DNA from: an uncultured bacterium
GTDB lineage: Bacteria; Myxococcota_A; Polyangia; Polyangiales; Houyiibacteriaceae
Assembly (NCBI GenBank): GCA_965369435.1
Contig: CBDURI010000001.1
Coordinates: forward strand, 1 to 53,544
Reading direction: 5' to 3'
Length of the DNA stretch: 53,544 bases
Below are positions 9,666 through 18,700 of the stretch, piece by piece; within the stretch, counting starts at the first letter, position 1; every line of letters starts with the position of its first letter. The position numbers were made by a program, and so were the translations under genes. The notes under the pieces were generated by a model. It ran no database searches. It saw only the letters and a list, made by a program, of their open reading frames with translations, and was not told the DNA's origin.

Positions 9666-10672
9666 AGCTGTCCGCGATCGTCCGCGCAGAGCCGGAGCAC
9701 GGCGTCCTGCAGGATCACGTCCGGCGGGCGTTTGCTGCCTTTGAGCGCACGATCGGTTTCCGCGATGAGCATGAACGCGTCTCCGAGACTGGCCGCGGTG
9801 AACCGGCGGGCCGACTCGGTGAGGTCGCCGGCCTTGAACGGTGGAGCGCCAGCACGTTTTGCGGCGTCTTGGGGGCGCAGGCCATCGGACAGTGCTTCGC
9901 GCATGCGGGCGACGATTCGCAGCTGTCGCGCCACCATGGCGAGCAGCCGGAGCGGTGGCTCGCGATCGTCGAGGAGCGATTGCGCGGCGGCGATGCCCTT
10001 GCGGCGGTCCTTGAGCCCGATGGCATCGACCAGGCTCCAAATCGATTCTACGCGGATGCGCGTCACGCACATCATCACGGCGTCAGCGTCGATGCGCTGC
10101 CCAGCGCCGACGAATAGCGACAGCCGTTCCACAGCGTCGTCGATCGCGGCGAGATCGTCACCCACAGCGTCGAGTAGCGCCTCGATCGCTTGCGGCGCGA
10201 TATTGTGCTCTCGTGCGGTGGCTTCTGCGCGGATGAACTCCCGCAGCTCGCGTCCGCGAAGCGGCTTGGCTTCGATGAGAACGCCCGCCTTCTTCGCTGC
10301 TTTGGAAAGCTTGGCGCGACCGTCGAGCTTGGTCGCAGTGACGAGCAAGCACGTGGAATCGCAGGGATCGCTCAGGTATTGCGCGAGATTCGTCTGTTCG
10401 GTGGGCGTCATCGCATCGACGTGGCGCAGCAGTACCAGGCGTGTATCCGCCATCATGGGGAGCGTGCGCGCCGCCGAGATCACGCGTCCGGCGTCGAGGC
10501 CTTTGCCGTCGAACACGTCGATGTTGAAACCGGGCGCGCCCATCGAGTCGACCGCCTTGCGCACCGTTTCGACCGTGCGCTCGATGAGGAGGCGCTCCGT
10601 TCCGACCAGAACGTAAACCGGGTCGAGGGAGCCCTTGTGGGCCCTCTTGGTGACATCATTGAGGCTTGGCAC
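9662..10672 (-). CDS. holA: DNA polymerase III delta subunit
   Basis: 336-aa ORF with GTG start. The N-terminus has PVYVLVGTERLLIE, and the overall helical clamp-loader delta layout is present. The position next to rpsT is common. Confidence 0.85.
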   Translation of the reverse strand: MPSLNDVTKRAHKGSLDPVYVLVGTERLLIERTVETVRKAVDSMGAPGFNIDVFDGKGLDAGRVISAARTLPMMADTRLVLLRHVDAMTPTEQTNLAQYLSDPCDSTCLLVTATKLDGRAKLSKAAKKAGVLIEAKPLRGRELREFIRAEATAREHNIAPQAIEALLDAVGDDLAAIDDAVERLSLFVGAGQRIDADAVMMCVTRIRVESIWSLVDAIGLKDRRKGIAAAQSLLDDREPPLRLLAMVARQLRIVARMREALSDGLRPQDAAKRAGAPPFKAGDLTESARRFTAASLGDAFMLIAETDRALKGSKRPPDVILQDAVLRLCADDRGQL

Positions 10673-10675
10673 TAC

Positions 10676-11212
10676 TCAGCGGGCTTCGTCATCCGAGAAG
10701 GTGACTTCGCCGCTGTGTTGTACTCTGTCCCCGAGAATTTGAAAGCGGTAACGACCGACCTCTTGCCGCCGGACCGTGACCACCATCTCGAGGCGCCGAT
10801 TGGGCTCGAACTGAGGGCGATTGAGCCGCAGCTTGTGGACGATCGTGCGCTGATTCCGATCGCTGAGGAACACCGTCATCGTCGGGGCGATGAACCTTCG
10901 TTCGGCGGTCTGAATGTCGTAGAACAGGACCTCGAACTCGGAGTCGCCCACCGGCCTGTTGAAGTTGGCCACGAGGGTCGCCCGCCACTGCCGGTCCTCG
11001 ATCGGGACATCGCTGGTTTCGCGAAGGCGCGTGGCCTTGTGCGACTGAGCGAAGCGAATGACACCCGTCTCGGAGAGTGAGCGGGGAACCCCTTTTTGTG
11101 TGAGATAGATCCGCGCCTTGAGGCCCTGTGAGGCGTCGGCGCCCTGCCAAGGGGTCACCGACGAAACGATCGCTGCCAAGGTGGTTGCGACGAGTGCGAG
11201 GCGTAGATTCAC
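10676..11212 (-). CDS. secreted protein of unknown function
   Basis: GTG 11212 is preceded by AGGAG. The signal-peptide-like N-terminus is NLRLALVATTLAAIVSSVTPWQGADA, with no lipobox Cys. The gene ends 3 nt before the holA start. Confidence 0.55.
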   Translation of the reverse strand: MNLRLALVATTLAAIVSSVTPWQGADASQGLKARIYLTQKGVPRSLSETGVIRFAQSHKATRLRETSDVPIEDRQWRATLVANFNRPVGDSEFEVLFYDIQTAERRFIAPTMTVFLSDRNQRTIVHKLRLNRPQFEPNRRLEMVVTVRRQEVGRYRFQILGDRVQHSGEVTFSDDEAR

Positions 11213-11381
11213 AGCTTGCTCCTGGGTTGTGGTCCAGGATCAGCTTATCAACTGGAACTTTACAGTGACAGGGTGATAAGGTGGTCAAATGTAGGATTTC
11301 GACTCCCCGTCGCCTTGGCGCCCGCCGAAAAGTTGTGCCCCAAGGCGGTGACCGCTAACTCCGACCCAGGAACGGAGCTCG

Positions 11382-13817
11382 ATGACGACGGTCGGTGGGG
11401 GTGTCAAAGGACTGGTCGCGCGCGCGCAGCGCGAGGCGCAGAGGCGCGCGCAAACCCCGTCTACGGCCTATCTGTTGCTCGTCATGCTGCAGGCCGCGGG
11501 CCCGATGGGGAAGCTCCTATCCGAGCTCGGGGTGAGGGAGAGCGATCTCCTGAGCGCGCTTCGCGTGGTGGACTTGGAACCGACGAGCGCGCTCGAGCGA
11601 GCCGTGGAGCGCGCTTATCGGCTTGCCAAGGCCACCGGGGCTGCGGAGGTGCTCCCGGCGCACCTGCTCCTCGCCATCGTGCGCGATTCCCGGAGCGCTG
11701 CCCATCGCAGCCTCGAACTGATCGGCGCGGGCTCCCGGAGCGTCCAAGGGGCGGTGCAGAGTGCCCTTCAGCCCGAAGATCCGCACACGGCGCCAACCTC
11801 TACGTACATTCGACCCGCCGCGTCGCTCGGGGCCAGGCCCGAGGCGAAGCCCTCACGTCCGTCCGCGCGCCGAGCGCTAGAGCCGGCGCCGCTGATCGAG
11901 CTGCGTGTCGAGAAACCAAAAGATGAGCCCATGATCGAAGCGCCGACCGAAGCGCCGATCGAGGCGCCGATCGAGGTGCCCGAGGACGAGCTGATCGTTC
12001 CGTCGTCGTCGCCGTTCGCTCTCGATGCCGGCAAGTATCCGATGCTTGCCAAGCTCGGACGCAACCTGACGGAGATGGCTTCGCTGGGGCATATCGATGA
12101 GGTGATCGGTCGTGACGACGAGATCGAGCGACTCCTCGACGTGTTGGCCCGCAGGCGCTCGAACAATCCGATTCTCGTGGGGCCGCCGGGCGTGGGGAAG
12201 ACCGCGATCGTCGAAGGACTCGCGCGAAGATTGGCGCAAGGCGGCCAAGGGGTGCGTGGGCTCGAGGGCACGATCCTCGTCGAGCTTTCCGCCGGGGCGT
12301 TGGTTTCGGGTACGGGGGTGCGCGGCGCGCTTTCAGAGCGGATGCGGCAGTTACAGTTCGAGGTGAAGCGGGCGAACGGCAAGATCGTGCTCTTCCTCGA
12401 TGAGGTGCACACGCTGTTCATCGGAGGAGACGCGCCGGACGATCTCGCGCATGAGCTCAAGGCGTCGCTGGCGCGCGGTGAGCTACCGTGCATCGGCGCG
12501 ACCACCGATGTCGAGTACCGCAAGTACGTCGAGCGAGACGCGGCCCTCGCGCGTCGCTTCTCGCCAATTCACGTCGAAGAGCCTGCTCCCGAGGACGCAA
12601 TCGAGATTCTGCGCGGGATCGCGCCTCGCTACGAGGTTCACCACGGCATCGCGTACGAACCGGCGGCGGTCGAGTCCGCGGTCGAGCTCTCGGTGCGGTA
12701 CATGTCCGAGCAGACACTTCCCGACAAGGCGATCGGTCTCCTAGATTTGGCGGGCGCACGAACGCGTCGGCGGGGTGGCTCAGTCGTCGATCGCGAAGCC
12801 GTGGCGCAGGTCGTCGCAGAGAAGGCGCGCGTTCCGGTCGAGCGGCTGTTGGTGACCGATTCGCAGAAGCTCCTCGAGCTCGAGCAGCACCTCGCGGAGC
12901 ACGTCGTCGGTCACGTCGACGTCATGACCCGGGTCTCTGATGCGCTTCGTAAAGGAGCTGCCGGTTTCCACGGGCAGCGACCGCTTGCCACGTTCTTGTT
13001 CCTTGGCCCGACGGGCGTTGGAAAGACCGAAACCGCACGCGCCTTGAACGAGCTTTTCTTCATGGGGTGCCCGATGACTCGTGTTGACATGAGCGAGCTC
13101 AGCGAGTCTCACGCTGTGGCCAAGTTGATCGGTGCCCCTCCTGGCTACATCGGCCACGAGACCGGCGGTATGCTCACCGAGGCGATACGCCATAGGCCCT
13201 ACCAGCTCGTCTTGCTCGACGAGATCGAAAAGGCCCACATGGACGTGCTCCAGTCGCTGCTCCCGCTCCTCGAAGATGGCCGCCTGACCGACGGCAAGGG
13301 CCGAACCGTCGATTGCACACACACCATTGTCGTCATGACTTCCAACCTCGGGGCGGAGCACTCTCAGCGCGGTTCGGGGTCGATTGGTTTCCGCGGCGCC
13401 TCGGGGGGATCGGACGAGGGCTTTTCGGCAGCCATGGAAGCTGCGCGTCGCGCGCTTCCGCCCGAGCTTTGGAACCGCATCGACGAGCCGTTGTTCTTCG
13501 GCCCACTCAGTCGTGACGAGGTCCGTGAAATCGCCGGCCGGATGGTTGCGGGTGTGGTACGGCAGCTCCGCGAGCGACAGGGAGTCGAGCTCAGCATCGA
13601 TGCCAGCGCCATCGATACGCTCCTCACGCTTGGCGGATACGACGCAGAGCTCGGCGCACGCCCGATGCGTCGCGCGATCGGGCGCATGGTCGAGGCCCCG
13701 TTGGCGGCTGCGATTCTTGGCGGCGACTTCCAACGAGGGGATCGCATCCTCGCAGTGGGCGATGCAGACGGCGTTCGCTTCGAGCCGCTCGAAGGGTCGG
13801 TCGAAGCCGCCGAGTGA
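11382..13817 (+). CDS. ClpA/ClpC-type AAA+ unfoldase (Clp_N domain plus two AAA modules)
   Basis: D1 has Walker A GPPGVGKTAIVEGLA and Walker B VLFLDEVHTL. D2 has Walker A GPTGVGKTETARAL and Walker B LVLLDEIEKAH. The short D1-D2 junction has no ClpB-type M domain. An IGF tripeptide (GSGSIGFRG) sits where ClpP-docking loops lie. Confidence 0.9.
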   Translation: MTTVGGGVKGLVARAQREAQRRAQTPSTAYLLLVMLQAAGPMGKLLSELGVRESDLLSALRVVDLEPTSALERAVERAYRLAKATGAAEVLPAHLLLAIVRDSRSAAHRSLELIGAGSRSVQGAVQSALQPEDPHTAPTSTYIRPAASLGARPEAKPSRPSARRALEPAPLIELRVEKPKDEPMIEAPTEAPIEAPIEVPEDELIVPSSSPFALDAGKYPMLAKLGRNLTEMASLGHIDEVIGRDDEIERLLDVLARRRSNNPILVGPPGVGKTAIVEGLARRLAQGGQGVRGLEGTILVELSAGALVSGTGVRGALSERMRQLQFEVKRANGKIVLFLDEVHTLFIGGDAPDDLAHELKASLARGELPCIGATTDVEYRKYVERDAALARRFSPIHVEEPAPEDAIEILRGIAPRYEVHHGIAYEPAAVESAVELSVRYMSEQTLPDKAIGLLDLAGARTRRRGGSVVDREAVAQVVAEKARVPVERLLVTDSQKLLELEQHLAEHVVGHVDVMTRVSDALRKGAAGFHGQRPLATFLFLGPTGVGKTETARALNELFFMGCPMTRVDMSELSESHAVAKLIGAPPGYIGHETGGMLTEAIRHRPYQLVLLDEIEKAHMDVLQSLLPLLEDGRLTDGKGRTVDCTHTIVVMTSNLGAEHSQRGSGSIGFRGASGGSDEGFSAAMEAARRALPPELWNRIDEPLFFGPLSRDEVREIAGRMVAGVVRQLRERQGVELSIDASAIDTLLTLGGYDAELGARPMRRAIGRMVEAPLAAAILGGDFQRGDRILAVGDADGVRFEPLEGSVEAAE
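11937..11984. repeat. 4 x 12-nt tandem repeat encoding (E-A/V-P-x)4 in the Clp N-domain/D1 linker
   Basis: Read directly: gaagcgccgacc gaagcgccgatc gaggcgccgatc gaggtgcccgag. It encodes EAPTEAPIEAPIEVPE. Confidence 0.9.
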
Positions 13818-13826
13818 CGTCCGGGT

Positions 13827-14624
13827 TTACTCCCTCGTCGCGCCAACGATCTTCGATGCCTTCGCCCGCGACAAGCCCGCGGCCCGCGCGCATTTGACGA
13901 TGACGGGAACGACGGCATCGTAGGCGGAGAGCGCATCGCGGCCAACACGTCGGAGCGCGTGTCGGTGGTTCACCACCGCTTCGGTGTCACCGCGTGCGAT
14001 CGGCCCCGTGAGGGCGCCGGGCACACCTAGACTCTGGACGTTCTCGCCCACGCTCTTGAGCAGGCCGCCAATCGCTCGCTCGGCAGCGCGCTTGTCGAAT
14101 CCGAGTCGTTCGAGCACGCCGACCGACACGAACGCCAGCGCCGCAGCGCCATTTGCGACGAGCGCGGCGGCGGCATGGTAGCTCCCGTCGCCGGTCCGAG
14201 CGACGATGATGCGCGCGTCGCACGCGTGCGCGAGGCGCCTGCTCGTCGCGACTGCGCGCCGGGAGCCGCTCACGGTAAAGGTGGTGCCTCGAAGACTGGG
14301 GTTGCTGCGCTTGCTCGGGAACGAAACCAGGGGGTGCATGACGCCCACGGCGGCACCACGCCTCTCACAAGACACGAGATCCCCGGTTCCTCGGGCGCCG
14401 GCGCAGTGCAGCACCGTTGCACTGGGACTCAGGTCCGGGGCCACCCTCTCGGCGACTGTTTCGATCGCCTCGTCCGGGACCGCGAGGACGACTGCGTCGG
14501 CGCGCTGCACACTCGAAGACTTCCAGCGACGACCGGCCGCAATCACGGCGTGCTGCTCGTGCGACTTGAGGGAACGATGAAGCGCGCGTCCGACCCGTCC
14601 GCGCCCGATGATGAGGATGTTCAT
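13827..14624 (-). CDS. Rossmann-like plus DUF2520 domain protein (putative oxidoreductase)
   Basis: ORF 13827..15005 trimmed to ATG 14624. MNILIIGRGRVGRAL is a dinucleotide-binding GxGxxG. The ATG overlaps the nadD stop as ATGA. Confidence 0.7.
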   Translation of the reverse strand: MNILIIGRGRVGRALHRSLKSHEQHAVIAAGRRWKSSSVQRADAVVLAVPDEAIETVAERVAPDLSPSATVLHCAGARGTGDLVSCERRGAAVGVMHPLVSFPSKRSNPSLRGTTFTVSGSRRAVATSRRLAHACDARIIVARTGDGSYHAAAALVANGAAALAFVSVGVLERLGFDKRAAERAIGGLLKSVGENVQSLGVPGALTGPIARGDTEAVVNHRHALRRVGRDALSAYDAVVPVIVKCARAAGLSRAKASKIVGATRE

Positions 14625-15184
14625 CCCTGGCCTTGGTATAGCCCCTGCGATCGGATGTGCTCGATGACGGAGTCCGGCACGAGACCGGTCAGGTCGCGTG
14701 CGCTTGCGAGCCCTGAGCGAAGCTCGGTCGAGTTGATATTGGGAATCGAGATGGGGCAACCCTCCGGCAGCGCAGAGCCCTGTCGACCCACCACGAGTGG
14801 GGGCGCGATCTTCACGACCTCGTCCCACCGGTGCCATCGATCGGTCGTCGGCAGGACGTCGGCGCCGATGAGGAGCCGGAACGCTGTGTCGGAATGCTCG
14901 TTCACGAGGGTGCGGAGGGTATGTAGCGTCCTGCTGGTGCCTCCAAGGCGCTGCTCGATGTCGGAGATCTCGACGGCTTGAAAAATGGAGAATGCGAGCT
15001 TGCACATCGACATGCGCTGTTCGAACGCCGCGCAGTGCTCCTTGTCGAATGCATGCTTCCAGGTTGGGACGACCCAGACAGCATCGACCTCGGTAGCCGA
15101 AAGCGTCCAGGCGACGGATAGCACGTGCCCCAAATGGGGCGGGTCGAAGCTTCCTCCATAGATTGCGACCCGGCGTGCCGTCAC
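14621..15184 (-). CDS. nadD: nicotinate-nucleotide adenylyltransferase
   Basis: VAIYGGSFDPPHLGHV is the (H/T)xGH nucleotidyltransferase motif, with a later ISSTxxR-like INSTELRSG. The GTG start at 15184 overlaps the upstream stop as GTGA. The ORF-track extension to 15703 overlaps the upstream gene and is rejected. Confidence 0.85.
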   Translation of the reverse strand: MTARRVAIYGGSFDPPHLGHVLSVAWTLSATEVDAVWVVPTWKHAFDKEHCAAFEQRMSMCKLAFSIFQAVEISDIEQRLGGTSRTLHTLRTLVNEHSDTAFRLLIGADVLPTTDRWHRWDEVVKIAPPLVVGRQGSALPEGCPISIPNINSTELRSGLASARDLTGLVPDSVIEHIRSQGLYQGQG

Positions 15185-15774
15185 GGCGCCACCATCACCT
15201 TGGCGCCGCGGCCTTGGATCGGCTCGCTCCACGAGACCTCTCCGCCGAGGTCGATCGCCTGCAACACGACCCCGCCTCTTTCCGATCGGTCGTCGAGAAG
15301 GCCGACGTGCCCGGCATCGAGAGGTCCTGGACTGAAGAAGCACCGTGGCCCAAAACGTTTGAACATCAGCGTCGTCGCATCGCCGTAGACCACGACGTTG
15401 GAGTTGATGACGTCCTCTTCGCCAATGGTGGCTTTGTTCCGCACGATGAGGACGATGCGATCGTCGAGCATTTCCATCGCACGCCGCGGCGCCGGTGGCG
15501 CGACCCCCAGTTTGGCGAGGTAGCGCGCGCCCCGGAGCATTCGAAGAACCTCTTCGATGTCTTCCGCGGAGCCGGTGGCCGCCACCTCGGCGACTCGACG
15601 CTCGATCATCTGGGCGTCCTCCCCGGACTCGTGCGCAGCGACGAAGTCCCGAAGTGCCTCGTCTTCGCCGAGATAGATGACCGCGTCGACCTCCAGGTCG
15701 CACACGAGCAGCTTGGCGGCCTGCTCGAGAGCGCCCGCGTCCGATTTGGCAGGACCGATGAAACCCATCCGCAT
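15181..15774 (-). CDS. YfcE/MJ0936-like metallophosphoesterase-fold protein with substituted metal ligands
   Basis: The block order matches small MPEs. MRMGFIGPAKSD stands for MKIGxxSDTHG, AVIYLGED for xxIHxGD, VVVYGDAT for VVxGHTH and FFSPGP for xINPGS. The His/Asp ligand positions are replaced in each block. Confidence 0.6.
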   Translation of the reverse strand: MRMGFIGPAKSDAGALEQAAKLLVCDLEVDAVIYLGEDEALRDFVAAHESGEDAQMIERRVAEVAATGSAEDIEEVLRMLRGARYLAKLGVAPPAPRRAMEMLDDRIVLIVRNKATIGEEDVINSNVVVYGDATTLMFKRFGPRCFFSPGPLDAGHVGLLDDRSERGGVVLQAIDLGGEVSWSEPIQGRGAKVMVAP

Positions 15775-15778
15775 CGCT

Positions 15779-18700
15779 TTAGGGATCTACACCAGCTTGG
15801 GCCCGGGCTTCAAAATGTGCGTCGCTAATCGCAAAACGAACCATCGTCCACGCCTCGGGAGTCTCCCGGATCGCGCGAAGGCGGCCGGCGTCGCTCTGAG
15901 GCACGTCGTGCCCGGCGATCTTGAGGAGCGCGTTGACGGCAGAGGGAACGTCCCCCGTTAGGGTCAGGGCTGCGCGATCGCCGAGCTCCGAGATGGCGAA
16001 TGGAACGGCCCGCGTGGAAAATCCCCTGTTCCCCTGCAATTCGAGCACCAAGCTCTCGACCTCATCCCGCCAGCGCCGGGGCACGGCCTTCAGCAGCTTC
16101 TTGCGCAGGTCCTGCAACTGTCGAGATTCGGGTTGCTGTTCGCGGCTCGCCGCGTGACCTTGTAGCAGAGCGAGCAAAGCCGCATCGAGGTCCTCCGGTC
16201 GGGCGCGCAGGGCGGGTGCAAGATGGTTACTCGCGACTTTCAGCGCCCGTGCGAACAGGAACACCCGTTCCCGTGGAGTGGTCGCTTCGTGAAGTGTCCC
16301 TCCGACCACGATCGTTGGAGGGTCGCCGGCGATGGGCATGCAAGCGGCGGGGGCGACAGGCGTCACTCTCAAGCGTGGCTCGCTGATGCCCATGGCTTCG
16401 GCGACGGCGCCGGCTTCTTCGACCAGTCCCCTGTGCGGCCCCGATGGTCGGCGAATGCGCCACGCGCTGGTGTCGAAGGGCAACACTTTGTCGAACGAGT
16501 GCTCACATAGCGAAAAGAGACGCCGGACTGTTTGCGGCAGACCGGGTGGCGCCACGATGGCGTCGACGACACTCGACAATGGGACCTTGGCTTCGCCGAA
16601 GGCTTCGCCGCGCGGAGTGGCGTCGCCTTCGAAGAGTGAGGCTGGATGGCCCACGGCAATGGCTGCACTGGCGGCGCACGAAGCGGGGCCAGCACCGAGT
16701 CGCCGTTTGAGCACCCGCACAAGCGTCGTCCACAGGCCTTCGTCGCCGGGATTCGAATCGATGGCAGTCCGCAGGTCACTGGCTGCGCGGTTCAAGTGCA
16801 TCGCCTCGGCGGGGCCGGCGCCCTGGCGTTGGTAGTAGTCCGCGACTGCGAGGATCACGTCGGGCTCTGTGGGCTGCTCGACCCGAAGACTTTCGAGCAT
16901 CAGCTCGGCCTGCCGTGCTTGTCCGGCCGACTCGACAGCTCTCGCGAGTCGAATGCGATAGTCGCGGTCCGCGGCGCTGCCGTCGGCTCGCCGAACGAGC
17001 TCCTCGAGCAGCCTCGCGGCTTCGGGAGCCTTGCCCTGGCGGCTCAGTACGGATGCGAGGCGGTCCAGTGTTTGGATATGTGTGGGCGCGAGCTTTGCCA
17101 CCTGCCGCAAGGAGGCTTCGGCGCGCGGAAGGTCCTGCAGATGCAGGTCGTACGTCTCCGCGAGCTGCGAAAATGCCCAAATCTGTTCATCGGTGCTGCG
17201 GTTCAAGCGCGCGATGCGAATCAGTGCCTCGGCGGCGCCTTGCCAGTTCTCCGCGGTACGGTGGGTGTCCACGAGCTCTTGAAGCGCCGCGAAGTGATGG
17301 GGGTCGAGCTCCAGGCATTCGTCCAACGCGTCGGTGACGCCCTGAACGTCACCGCGTTCACGGCGCTGGCGAGCCTGCTCGAGCAGGAGTCCCACGAGCG
17401 TCGGGGTGTCGGCGCCCGCATCGATGCGGGCGGCCGTGAGAGCGGCCAGCGAGTCGAGCTGACCCTGGCGGCGGTAGAGGCCGGCGAGGCGCCGGTAGAC
17501 GTCGAGGTAGGTGAGCTCGCATTCGGCCGCGGCGACCCACGCCTCGACGGCGCGCGCCTGATCGTCGAGCTCTTCCTCGAAGATGCAGGCAGCTTCCCGC
17601 CATAGGGACGCAGCGCGGTGCGCGTCCTTCGCGCGTCCTGCGGCGTCCTGATAGCTGCTGGCTGCTTCCTCCCATCGCTTCGCCCCATGAAGTAGGCGGG
17701 CTTCCCCCTCGCGCGCCAACGGGTGACGCGGTGCGGCGTCCAAGACTTCAAGCGCCCGCTCCGGATCTCCCAATTGCTGCAGCACCTCGGCGGTGTCGAG
17801 CGCAAGCGCGCCGCGCCCGAGGTCATCATCGAGGGCTGCCGCGAGGGCGATCAGCGCCTGCAAGCCGAGCAGGGAATCTCCCCTTGCGTACGTCGCACCC
17901 AGCACCTGTCTCGCCAAGCCCGAGTCGGCCTCGAGCGCGTCGTCGATGCTGCACAGGAGCCTGTCGACGTCGGTCTGCGTGGTGTCCGGGTCCGACTTGA
18001 GGAGCTCGAGAACCAGTCTGTGCCGCGCGAGCCGGTCTGCTGAGTCGGCGGGTAGAGCTTTCGAGAGGCGGTGTGCGCTCGACCGGATACGCTCGGGGTC
18101 GTCCTCGCGCAGCGCGTCCCATTCGAGAGCGCGCGCGGTGGGGATGTGGTCTGGGCGCAACTCGGCGATCGATTGCAAGGAAAGCCGCGCGCTTTGCATG
18201 TCGCGCCGAGCGAGCCGATCGACTTCGGCCATGGCGCAAAACGCGCCGAGCCGCTCTGCGTCGTCCGTGGCCTCGCGCGCGCGCCGCATGGCCGAGTCGG
18301 CCAGGCGCGCGAACTCGGACGCGTGGAGCTCGGCGTCCTTTCGTTGTACCCGAATCGCTTCGTCGTCTGGGCTCGCCAAGGAGGCCTCTCGGAGCACCTT
18401 GGCCGCCCGACCCGGAAGGCCGGCCGAGCGGTACGCCGCGGCGGCCCGCTCGAGGTACGGAAGGAGGTCCAGTTGTCGCGCGGTGGCGACCATGAGGTCT
18501 CCGCCCGTCTCGGTGGCGCCACCGGCCGCTTCGAACAGGTGCTCAACGAGGAGGGGGTCCGGAGACTCGTGATTCAATGCGGCTCTGGTGCGCGCCAAAC
18601 GTTCGCCTCCTTCATCGACGGAGGGCGCCCATAGGGCCGCGCGCAGCGTGCCCGACACCGCTTCTGCCGGGTCGAGTCGAGCCTGTGTGGCGGCGCTGGC

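Noticed and set aside
11316-11338. TGGCGC...TTGTGC upstream of the clp-like gene, and TGGCAATCATGTTGA at 44801-44815, as sigma-54 -24/-12 elements.
   Set aside because: The GG-to-GC spacing is wrong at the first site (about 19 nt instead of 10). The second site overlaps the epimerase start codon and ends in TTGA rather than TTGC.
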